A DNA stretch of 64,000 nt from Antedon mediterranea (lineage: Eukaryota; Animalia; Echinodermata). The notes beneath the pieces were generated by a model, which saw only the letters and a list, made by a program, of their open reading frames with translations, ran no database searches and was not told the DNA's origin. Positions 54,491 through 64,000 of this stretch are shown here, piece by piece; the first letter of the stretch is position 1; every line of letters begins with the position of its first letter. The stretch lies in NCBI RefSeq assembly GCF_964355755.1, contig NC_092675.1, positions 27,934,912 through 27,998,911 on the forward strand. The letters run 5' to 3'. Position numbers and translations under genes: made by a program.

Positions 54491-57400
54491 TTTTTTTTTT
54501 TGTCTTATGTAGGATCGACCCACTTTTATTTCTTCATCAATAAAATGTTCGTTTACAATGAGTACATTGAGCACATGAGTAATGTAATGATACAATACAA
54601 TATAATTGACATTAACTAACTTTCAGTACAACTGATATCTCACTCCTACCATTGCATTTTATATATAATAGTATAAGGAAAGAAAAAAAAATCCTCTATG
54701 TTATACACTCTTTACACGTTTTTCAATTCTTAACAATGTACGTATAATTTACCACAGAATTCTTAATTTTATAACTCTTTTTATCTCTTTCAGGCAATCA
54801 AAAAAAAAAGTTATATTTTACTTTACCTAATATCAATTTTATAAACGTTAATTTTATACCTTGCTAAATTGTTACGGTCCATATCTGACCACATTTTTTT
54901 TGCCTTTTCTTTATTTATTAAAAACTCACAATTGATTATATCTTCTAACTCCGCAGTGAACATTAACCATGGACATTTTTTAACAAGTCCTAGTCTGTGT
55001 TTGACTTTATTTTTATAAACACAGAAAGTTAAAATGGAAAATATTTCATTAATTTTGACATCATATTTTCCAAGTAAAATTTTCTCCCATGTAACTTCCT
55101 GAGTAAATGCAAAACATGTTTTCAGCATAGCGCAACATTTTACCCAGCAATGTTTTACTTCTTTGCATGTAAATAACATATGCTTTTCATTTTCAACCTC
55201 CTCATTACAATATTCACAATAATTACTGTTTGACAAATTCCATAATTTTAGCTTACACCTAGTTGGTAAAATTTTATGTAGCAACTTAAAATTAAAGAAA
55301 GCCACTCTTTTTATGTGCAACATACTCTTAACTTTGTTTTTCCAACATAGATTCCAGTCGATAAAACAATTTTGAAGTTGGTTTTCCCATTTATCCTGTG
55401 CTTTTGGTATGCACGCTTTATATGCTACATCGGTAAAAGTGGAATAGAATTGTTTGACAGTTGTATAATTTGAAGTAACATTAACATTTTTGTCTATTGT
55501 ATCAACCTCTTTATGTATATAACAATAGGGTTTCTCAACCACTATAACTTTCCAGTTTCTTGGAATAGCGTCAATTAGTGCCATATATTTTAAAAATGCA
55601 TTTTCCCTTCGTTTCAACAGTGGAGTTATTTCATTAATATGCTTAAATCTAGACTTATCCATAATATCTCCTACTGTTTTTATACCTGATTTCACCCAAG
55701 ATTTACAGAATAGTGATTTTTTGTTATGCATGACATATATATTCTCCCATAACCTCTGAGTTTTTATTTCACATATACATTGAGGTTTTTTAGTATAAAT
55801 ATTACTAAACCGTATGCAGGCTTTAAGCAAATTTATATAGAATGTATTCACATATTTGAGTGCATTATGCTTCTCAAAGTTTGCTTCCGTCATACTTAAT
55901 GTATAATCAATTGGATATAAATTGTATAATGGAATACATTTCCACTTTCCTGGATCCGGGCTTAGTAAACGTTTTACCCAGCCTAACTTTAAAGATTCAA
56001 TCATAGAGTTAAAGTCTATCATTTTAATCCCACTATTTTCAATGTTTTGTATCAGAGTATTTCTTTTAATTTTTTCTTTATTACCACTCCATAAAAAGTT
56101 GTATAAAATCTTGTTTATTTCAGGAATAATAGATTTTGGCAAGTCTGTGACACTTGCATTATAAATAAGTTTTGATAACGCTAGCGTTTTAATTACCGTT
56201 ATTTTCCCAAAGAATGATATTTTTCTTTTTTCCCATGTTTTAAGGATCTTTTTTAGATTTTCAATTTTCTCATACCAATTTTTTGTATTGCAAATATCCT
56301 TATCATAACCAATGTAAATACCTAGAAACTTAATAGGTTCTTGATTAAAGGTAATGTTGCAATAGTTACTAATTTTCTCTTTATCACAACCAATCCACAT
56401 TCCCCTTGTCTTGGATTTATTTAGCATCAGACCTGACATTTCACAAAAACAATCTATTTCGTTAAAATAACTTTGTATGGCTTTTTCATTCTTGGCAAAA
56501 ATCACAGTATCGTCTGCTAATTGTGCAATCTTTACATTAACATTTTCATTAGTTACTGACGGCAATTTGATACCTTTACACAAATGATTATTTCTTATAT
56601 TTGTTGCCATAACTTCGACTACTAAAATAAATAAAAGTGCTGAGAGTGGACAACCTTGACGGATTCCTCTATTCATTAAAACACCTTCTGACATCCATCC
56701 ATTATTTACAATGTAACTTTCAGTATCGTTATACATAACTTTAACCCATTGTATAAATTGAATACCGAAACCAAATTTTTCTAAAGTTTTAAACATAAAA
56801 TATCTGCCTACAGAATCAAAGGCTTTTTCAAAATCTATAAAAATCAAAGCACCTTCTTGTTTATGTACGTCACTATAATTAAGTAAATCTTCTATTAATC
56901 TTATGCTTTCACCAGAGAACCTGCCTTTGATATATCCCTTTTGATCATTATTAATTATGGAGCTAATGACCGAATGTAACCTATTGTCTAACACTTGTGC
57001 AATAATCTTATAATCAATATTCAAAAGAGTAATAGGTCTCCAATTATGAAGTTTCTCTCTTTCACCTTTTTTATACAGTAATGAAATAATACCTTTACGT
57101 TGCGAAGATGTCAGTTTTTTATTCAAGAAACTGAAGTTAACAGAATCACACAATAAATTTCCTAAGGAATCCCAGAATGTGCGATAAAATTCGACTGTTA
57201 GCCCATCTGTACCAGGACTTTTATTTAACTTCATGTGTAAAAGAGCCATCTTGCATTCATAATTTGTTAACATACCTTCACATTTTTGCTTTTCTTCAAA
57301 TGACAGTGTATTGATTTTAGTACTACCAAAATAACTATTAATATTTTCCTGGTTTGAAGGGGTTTCTTTATACAATTCTTTGAAAAACCTAACTTGCTCG

Positions 57401-57684
57401 TTAAGAATTTCTTGGGTGTTTGTCGTAATTTTTCCATTTGGTTTAAGTACTGACGTAATATGTTTTTTCTTAGCCTTGTTTTTTTCTAAACCTAAAAAGA
57501 ACTTAGTATTTCTTTCTCCTTTTTCAGTCCATTCTACTCGAGCCCTAATTTGTGCTCCTTTTGCTTCAGATGTATAAATTTGGTTTAGCTCGTTTAATTT
57601 GTTATTTAATATCTTTTCTGACTTTTGATCATAAGCACCATCAAGCTCATCGTTTAACTTATACACTTCTTTAATTAATGTATT
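54491..57684 (-). mobile_element. 5'-truncated non-LTR retrotransposon (Tx1/L1 clade), recent insertion
   Basis: Poly(A) seen as T11 at 54491-54501, with minus-strand AATAAA at 54525-54530; exact 16-18 bp TSD CTTTCTCATTTGATAC(TT) at 54475-54492 and 57685-57702. Confidence 0.9.
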
Positions 57685-57693
57685 CTTTCTCAT
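54823..57693 (-). CDS. LINE ORF2 reverse transcriptase (956 aa, lacks the N-terminal endonuclease)
   Basis: GERNTKFFLGLEK, KSPGTDGLTVEFY, NWRPITLLNIDYKI, DFEKAFDS, GIRQGCPLS, QLADDT, KFLGI and C-terminal CxxC...HxxxxC; uninterrupted. Confidence 0.92.
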   Translation of the reverse strand: MRKNTLIKEVYKLNDELDGAYDQKSEKILNNKLNELNQIYTSEAKGAQIRARVEWTEKGERNTKFFLGLEKNKAKKKHITSVLKPNGKITTNTQEILNEQVRFFKELYKETPSNQENINSYFGSTKINTLSFEEKQKCEGMLTNYECKMALLHMKLNKSPGTDGLTVEFYRTFWDSLGNLLCDSVNFSFLNKKLTSSQRKGIISLLYKKGEREKLHNWRPITLLNIDYKIIAQVLDNRLHSVISSIINNDQKGYIKGRFSGESIRLIEDLLNYSDVHKQEGALIFIDFEKAFDSVGRYFMFKTLEKFGFGIQFIQWVKVMYNDTESYIVNNGWMSEGVLMNRGIRQGCPLSALLFILVVEVMATNIRNNHLCKGIKLPSVTNENVNVKIAQLADDTVIFAKNEKAIQSYFNEIDCFCEMSGLMLNKSKTRGMWIGCDKEKISNYCNITFNQEPIKFLGIYIGYDKDICNTKNWYEKIENLKKILKTWEKRKISFFGKITVIKTLALSKLIYNASVTDLPKSIIPEINKILYNFLWSGNKEKIKRNTLIQNIENSGIKMIDFNSMIESLKLGWVKRLLSPDPGKWKCIPLYNLYPIDYTLSMTEANFEKHNALKYVNTFYINLLKACIRFSNIYTKKPQCICEIKTQRLWENIYVMHNKKSLFCKSWVKSGIKTVGDIMDKSRFKHINEITPLLKRRENAFLKYMALIDAIPRNWKVIVVEKPYCYIHKEVDTIDKNVNVTSNYTTVKQFYSTFTDVAYKACIPKAQDKWENQLQNCFIDWNLCWKNKVKSMLHIKRVAFFNFKLLHKILPTRCKLKLWNLSNSNYCEYCNEEVENEKHMLFTCKEVKHCWVKCCAMLKTCFAFTQEVTWEKILLGKYDVKINEIFSILTFCVYKNKVKHRLGLVKKCPWLMFTAELEDIINCEFLINKEKAKKMWSDMDRNNLARYKINVYKIDIR

Positions 57694-58005
57694 TTGATAC
57701 TTACTACAAATGTTAACTTACTATTAGGCCTATTGATTTTATAGTCCCATAGGCTATCCAAACCAATGATTTCTCGCGTTCTCTCTGGATCCGTTCAATT
57801 AAGGAAAATAGGTCTGCTTGCTAATTAGTCATAAGTACGGTATTGTAGTTTTGAGAAAATGATAATAATTGTCATGTTTTGATTCCAAAATATTCAATTC
57901 AAATAATTTTTTTAATGTACTTTCTTTTTAGACCGTCCGATCCTGCATACGCACAAAAATGAAAAAAATGAGGAAGAATTAGTAAAACGGACGAAATTGG
58001 CCAAT

Positions 58006-58842
58006 ATGAAAAGAATAATATTTATGACACTATATTTGTCAATTTCCTTAGTTGCGGGATGCTATCTATATTCACCTCTCAATGTTAACAAAACTGTCAT
58101 AGAAGGTGAACACGTCTTCATGGGTTGTATTTTTCACTGTGATGGGAATAGAAAGTATATTGGACGGTGGACAAGAGCCCATGTAAACGTTATAGATACG
58201 GAACGGATGAATGTAGCCACACGTACCCGCCGAAATAACAGCGAAATAATAGTGAGTACGTCATTCAAAATTAATGACGCGAAAATAAAAGACGAAGGTG
58301 AATACCGATGTATTTTGATAGACCTCAGTTTAAATGCAATTGTAGGAACCTCCGATGGCTGTCACGTGCATGTGCTACAGTCACCAAGCGTATCATTTCC
58401 GGTCATTACATCCTCTAATCTTCAAAATGGCATAATGTCAGCAACTTGCATTACGGAGAAGGTTGTACCCAAGCCACACCTCTATTGGCTTCATCAAACG
58501 GAGACGCTCTATGCTGATAACGGAACACATATTATGATACAGACGATATCTGAAGTTGATAAAAAAGTAATTTGCATTATGCTTTGGTATACCGAAGAAC
58601 CACGTGTCCGTATTTATACGCCTAGATCTGATACAGGGCAGGATAAAACAGATAGCTATACCTCAGAATATGATAACATGCAGCTTCAATCCTCAGTGGC
58701 ACCTGGAAATGATGACAACAAGTTAAAAACACACAGTTCATACGTAATAATTACCGTAATAATTTTTTCTCTAATAATAATTATTATTATGCCTAAGTAT
58801 TTGTTGGCAAATAAGAAATCAGCAATTAGATGCACAACATGA
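58006..58842 (+). CDS. IgSF type I membrane protein B2 (signal peptide, V-set, C2-like, stalk, TM); single coding exon, possible frameshift in the TM
   Basis: ATG at 58006 (MKRIIFMTLYLSISLVAG); FMGC..GRW..FKINDAKIKDEGEYRC; ATCITEKVVPKPHLYW..VIC; TM YVIITVIIFSLIIIII; upstream acceptor TTTTTAG at about 57931. Confidence 0.82.
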   Translation: MKRIIFMTLYLSISLVAGCYLYSPLNVNKTVIEGEHVFMGCIFHCDGNRKYIGRWTRAHVNVIDTERMNVATRTRRNNSEIIVSTSFKINDAKIKDEGEYRCILIDLSLNAIVGTSDGCHVHVLQSPSVSFPVITSSNLQNGIMSATCITEKVVPKPHLYWLHQTETLYADNGTHIMIQTISEVDKKVICIMLWYTEEPRVRIYTPRSDTGQDKTDSYTSEYDNMQLQSSVAPGNDDNKLKTHSSYVIITVIIFSLIIIIIMPKYLLANKKSAIRCTT

Positions 58843-59202
58843 TACTCTAGATCGAGAAGCGTTAAAAGTATAATAAAGTCGAGTGAAATAAGCCTGTACG
58901 GAGTATGATCGGCATACAATACATAGATAATATAAAATAAATAAAAATTTAATTCATATTTTACACAAGCATATTTATTGGTGTTTGTTTAATATCATGG
59001 GTCTAGGATTATAGTACAATATCAATGTATCAATTTGTCGTATAGGCCTATACAAAATAAATTTACATTTTTGTTATGGATATATTTGTGCTATGTCTTT
59101 AGTAAATTTTATCTACAATGTTATGTTATTTTTTATTTTTGCAGTTTATGAAATATCTCCGGCATTGATTTTTAAAGTAAGAATCATATCGTTCTACGTC
59201 CT

Positions 59203-59292
59203 ATAGGCGGCTAGAAAACTCAGATCTAGAAAACTCAGATATATCTGAGATCTTAGTTTTCTAGATCTGAGTTTTCTAGACACCCATTATAG
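59203..59292. repeat. Small palindromic element
   Basis: CTAGAAAACTCAGATCTAGAAAACTCAGAT followed by its near reverse complement. Confidence 0.6.
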
Positions 59293-60252
59293 GCACGGTT
59301 CGTCACAACATATTTTCTGATCATGGTACGAAAACGTCTATTTAACTGTTGACCTAGTTCCTTTGATTAAAAAAACACGACTCAAGTAAAAACATAATAA
59401 CATTCCAGCACTTTCATGATTCAATCAACATTTATTAACGGCTATATACAAAAGCGAGACGGTACGTTTAACACATAACTCAATTCGTTCTTGCTTTTAT
59501 TGTGTTGGGGGCAGACGTAGTGTGTGGTTGACTTGACCATAATCCGTATAAATGAGGTTTGACCCCCCAAAAACAGAAGGTTTTAATTAACTGTTTTATC
59601 TAGTTTGGTAGGGTGTGTGTGGGGGGTGGGGGTGCTTACCATGAGTAGCACACTCAAAATAGGACAAAATCGGAACACCGGAATGGGTTTAATTTGCATA
59701 TTTTTATAAAAATAATTGCGGCCATTTTTATAAAATGTCTATAATCTCCGCAAGAGAGCTGATTGTATGTCCGAATGTTCACAATATATTTACTCTATGA
59801 TGAGACAATGATACATTTTGTCAAAAAAATGACCAGAACTACGATTTCTGACCTTTTTTGACCTTTCACCTGTGTATTTTTGTATCTCAATATAACTATT
59901 GGTGACACAAAGATACAACTGGACGGAAGATGGTCAGCGAGCACGTATGTTTATATTTGTTATATATTATACAATTGTGTGTCACGGGGTGACTGAAACC
60001 ACAGTATCATTTGACATAATTCACTCAAGTAAAACGTCCATTAAAATTATAGTTAATTATAGTATATTGTTGTAAATGTTTCGTTTCATACCAAGTAGGC
60101 CTATTGACATTTGAACCAATCAACAACAAAAAAAGATTGCTTATTGTGCAGAGTGGCACCGGTTTGTTTTAGTTTTTGACTCAAAATTCTAAATTGCTGT
60201 GCTGTTTAGTGGTACTGATAGATATTTGGTATGAATACATTATGCTATATAT

Positions 60253-60330
60253 ACCGTATTTATTCGAATAAACGCCTCCCTCGGATAAACGCCTTCAAAT
60301 GGCATCATTTTGAATAAACGCCGCCCTCTG
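60253..60330. mobile_element. Probable Tc1/mariner-pogo-type transposon end
   Basis: TA|CCGTATTTATTCGAATAAACGCC with repeated ATAAACGCC motifs; the matching end was not convincingly found. Confidence 0.35.
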
Positions 60331-62769
60331 TATCACCCACTAATGTAACAATTAACCACTAAAACCACTATTTACGACAAGTTAGCAACAACTGGAGCGT
60401 ACAACTGGCAGAACACGCCGCGGAATTTTCAAAAGTTTATAATTCAGAACGAATAATAGGCCTACTTTCAATTTTAGTCACTTAATAACAATAGTCGTTC
60501 TTCTATATATAAATTTACGTAAGGGCAAAATTCGGTAAATCGCGCCTTACTTCTAGAATTTTTACTCGATGGTATATAAAGTTGGTTCGTACTTTCGGTA
60601 CTGATTTTAACCACCTGATGTAATCCTGTTTACTAATTAAATTAAGTTAGATAATTAGTTATTGACGATCAAAACGAATTTAGGTTCAACGATTTGCCCC
60701 AAATAGGGGTGTTTTCCGATCGTGGTATACACTGTCTAATGGATGTCCATCTTGAAAAATACCCGCCACAAAAATGCCAGGAGGCTTCGCATTTTCCTAT
60801 CTCCTACGATAATTGTTTTTATTAGCTGAAAACCGGTTGAACAGCTAGAGTACAGCATCATAATGTTGAAGACAGGCCGATTTTCTTTAAAAAATACTAT
60901 TTTGATAGATTTAATATACGATTATACAAATGTATTGATTTGCGATGAATGGAACATCCCAATCTCTCAGTCTGCCAGAGTTTGGTTTAACACAAGTAGG
61001 TAAATTCATGAGCCCTTGGTTTAACACATACGGTAGGTAAATATATGGGCCCTTTGGGAATAAACTTGCAATACTTTGACAATACTGTAAATACCTATTA
61101 ACTATTTTTGGTCCTCATTTGAATCGAACATTTCTTACTGTGAATGTTCGTACTGTTAGATGTAATATAAAAATATATACAAATAAACTTTATTACTGAG
61201 ATTGTGGTTAGGCTTCACTGTTAGATATATAAACACATTATTATATACAAATAAACTTTATACTGACAGTTCCCTCTCAACGTTTGTATTAATTATTAAT
61301 TAATAATTACCAATTTATATAAACGTCGTAGTGGTGTATCGTGACATATACTTTAATATTTCAATTGATTATGACAGTGACAGTTTTAACAAAGTATTAA
61401 ATCGCAAATGTTTTACTGTATTTAGAGGTATATTATTTATAGGCCTATAAAACGTGAACAAAATATTTCGTTACTGAGTGGATAAAGAATATATTTAAAA
61501 ATTGTTCCTCGTTGTACCTATCCGTTTTCCCATCCCTCAAACCTAATGTTACATACAAAACACAAATTGAGTTTCTTTAAATGAAAAAATTGAGTCCAAA
61601 TCAAAAATTTGGACTCATTTTGTGATAAGTTTCTCCTTCGGAAGTAATTCACAGGGTGCTAATTTTAGTTGACTACATAAATCATCGTGTCTATTTATTC
61701 GTTTCTGTAAACGACAATGTATTATAATTATAATAGTACATTTGAAATCGCCAGTTTTGTTACGCTGAAATTACTGTGTATTCGAGAACCATCTGTGGGC
61801 ACGACCTAGATGGTACGCGAGCGAAGCGACCGTAAAGGTAAAGCACAAAGCTTCTAATAAGCGCTTCAAATTGTTACCCTCGTCATTTTTTTGTATCAAA
61901 CACATAATATGTACAGTCTCATAATGCAGCTAGTAATCAGCGCAATTGTGTTTTGTACCTTGTGAGGTACACATTTGTACATCTGGGTGGAGAGACGCAA
62001 ACAAGGGATAAAAGCAATGCGACGAGCGTAGGATTCGACCAATTTTGACCAATCGCAAGCGATGAATTATTCGAACTCGAAGCGTTTACGTCCTAGTGGG
62101 AACCAAGCTTAAATGATCCGGCCCACATACTAGCCTAGGCCTACAACCTAGGGATAACAATTCAATTCAATTCAACTTTTATTTCAGACAATTGTCCATA
62201 TGGTATAATACATTACAAAAAAAAAGATGAGGGAGAGAGGACCAAAACTTTTATCCATTTGTAGTTGTCGTTCGAGTATTATCATTTTGTTTTAAAAATG
62301 AGTTTATTAAATCAAATATTAATTATGTAATTCATAGTTGGGTATATCTCATTATGATGTATTAATACGTGTAAACAAAAGTACAATTGAGAGTAAAGAG
62401 TTTCTGTAAAACAAACCTTACCATACCAAATTATTTTTTTAATTGTTTGAAAGTAATGCTCTGATAAATAGTGTGGTGTCCTTTTATTGATCATGAACAT
62501 CTCAATAAACGAACTGCTTGTGATACATACTATTAGTTTCGAAATGGAGCTAGGTATATAAGAAGTCCGAATATACATTTTAGTTCATTGACGGACATTC
62601 TTACGGACCAGGATAATTATTATTGCTATATATAATTATTGTCAGACTTCTTATTTGAATTTCATCGCGATTTGTAGGCCTATTATGTTCATCTTAAATC
62701 TGTATTTTATTTTTACAATTGCAATAAATCAATAAATATAATTCTACTGAACCAATAAAAATTGGAATT

Positions 62770-63942
62770 ATGGCATGTGCATTTTCAATCTCTCATCTCA
62801 TCGTTCATTTATTTGTTTTATCAATTGGCGAAGGCAGCTTCAACATTCACTGTAATCCAGAAGATAGAATGGATTCTTTTATTGGTGAAAAAGCCTACTT
62901 CAGTTGTCAGATCAATCGTCTAATTATTTCAACGCAAAACGCAAACTTCACTGTTAAGTGGATTCACAATGGGTATAATCTAGTGAAAACCGAACATGTA
63001 CCGGTAAACACAACTGGGTATACCATTCATGTTTCACTAAGCTTTAATAATTTAAGTACATCTCATACCGGTGAATATAGAGTATCGGTGATGGATAATA
63101 TTGATAAGAATTTCCTTTCTGATCCTATCGAACTCTTTGTTTGGCCACCGCCATTCGTAAAACTTTGCAACGCTTCTAGATCGCATTACTCTAGTGGTGA
63201 AGTGGCTACATTGAATTGTGTGGTAACCTCTCCAGCTAGATACTCGTTGTATTGGTCAATTGAACCAGAAATGCGGGATGTTGCTTATGTGAACACCACT
63301 GATTTTAATGGTAAAACGAAGAATGTAAGTATGATGTTCAACGTTACGTTGTCAGACCAAAATACATTTAGCTGTTTTATAAAAGGACTAAATTCGTTTG
63401 AAAGGAAGCTTTTGTGTATATTAAAACCATTATTCGAATTTTTCGCCATAGATAGCCTTCAGATTCTGTCTTCTACATTTATTCTTGGTAAGAATGCTCA
63501 GTTGGAATGCAAGTATACTGAAATAATGACTGTACATATTGTTGAGGCGTTTGCTAAAAGAGATGATATATTACCAGACGCGCAAAATGTATATTGGGTC
63601 TCAAACAACTCTGCAGTAAACAAACAAATAGAAAAGGGTAATGGCACAGGATTGCTGACATTGAAAAACATTTCTTCTGACATCAACTACAGTAAAATTA
63701 CTTGTATAGTTGGCCAATGGAACATTTCTACTATCATACAAGTTGTAACAGGATATGCAACAACAACTGTACAACTGACAACTCTATCAAATACACATAC
63801 CAGTATTGAGACAATTACAAATAAAAACGAAACATACTTATACATTTTAATTGTGGTTAGAACAAATATATTATTCGTGGCGAGTATAACGATTATCTAT
63901 TTTCTGTACACACAAATTAAACGTACATACTACAACGTCTAA
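62770..63942 (+). CDS. IgSF type I membrane protein A3: signal peptide, 3 Ig-like domains, Thr-rich stalk, Arg-containing TM, 10-aa tail ending YYNV; single coding exon
   Basis: Intact 390-aa ORF; shares DR.D.FIG, KWIHN, SHYS.G.VATLNC.VTSPARYSL.W.IEPEM and ITCIV.QWNIS with A1/A2. Confidence 0.87.
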   Translation: MACAFSISHLIVHLFVLSIGEGSFNIHCNPEDRMDSFIGEKAYFSCQINRLIISTQNANFTVKWIHNGYNLVKTEHVPVNTTGYTIHVSLSFNNLSTSHTGEYRVSVMDNIDKNFLSDPIELFVWPPPFVKLCNASRSHYSSGEVATLNCVVTSPARYSLYWSIEPEMRDVAYVNTTDFNGKTKNVSMMFNVTLSDQNTFSCFIKGLNSFERKLLCILKPLFEFFAIDSLQILSSTFILGKNAQLECKYTEIMTVHIVEAFAKRDDILPDAQNVYWVSNNSAVNKQIEKGNGTGLLTLKNISSDINYSKITCIVGQWNISTIIQVVTGYATTTVQLTTLSNTHTSIETITNKNETYLYILIVVRTNILFVASITIIYFLYTQIKRTYYNV

Positions 63943-64000
63943 GTAAGTACCTTGTACCAAGTACCGGTACTATTATAAGTTTTTTTTATTTAGGTATTAG

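Noticed and set aside
56509-56523. LADD instead of YADD as a sign of an inactive or novel RT
   Set aside because: The catalytic aspartates are intact and the first position varies among non-LTR elements.
57997-58005. TTG start for B2, and other non-ATG starts in the ORF track (41218, 35866)
   Set aside because: Eukaryotic locus: B2 has an ATG at 58006 leading a signal peptide, and the other ORFs are internal fragments of disrupted genes.

Overview
AT-rich, intron-rich animal genomic DNA; an invertebrate, probably a deuterostome, although the taxon is an inference. The left half holds three conserved genes: the last 22 exons of a Dock-C GEF (DOCK6/7/8-like, +), AK3 (-, 5 coding exons) and PUM3 (+, 15 coding exons, head-to-head with AK3). 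The right half is a fast-evolving cluster of five immunoglobulin-superfamily membrane protein genes with single-exon coding regions, in two families. Family A has three Ig domains (A1 31730, A2 34763, A3 62770); family B has V plus C2-like domains (B1 37217, B2 58006). A1 and A3 have an arginine in the transmembrane segment and almost no tail. A2 has an ectodomain nearly identical to A1 but an uncharged TM and a long ITIM/ITSM tail, and it is frameshifted. This is the layout of vertebrate paired activating/inhibitory immune receptors, next to genes whose human orthologues lie on 9p24. The cluster also contains an unprocessed PUM3 pseudogene, an Academ-like transposon splitting B1, a 2.2-kb foldback element, a young 5'-truncated Tx1/L1-type LINE, a 5S-derived sequence and many MITEs. 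All calls were made by eye, without database searches.
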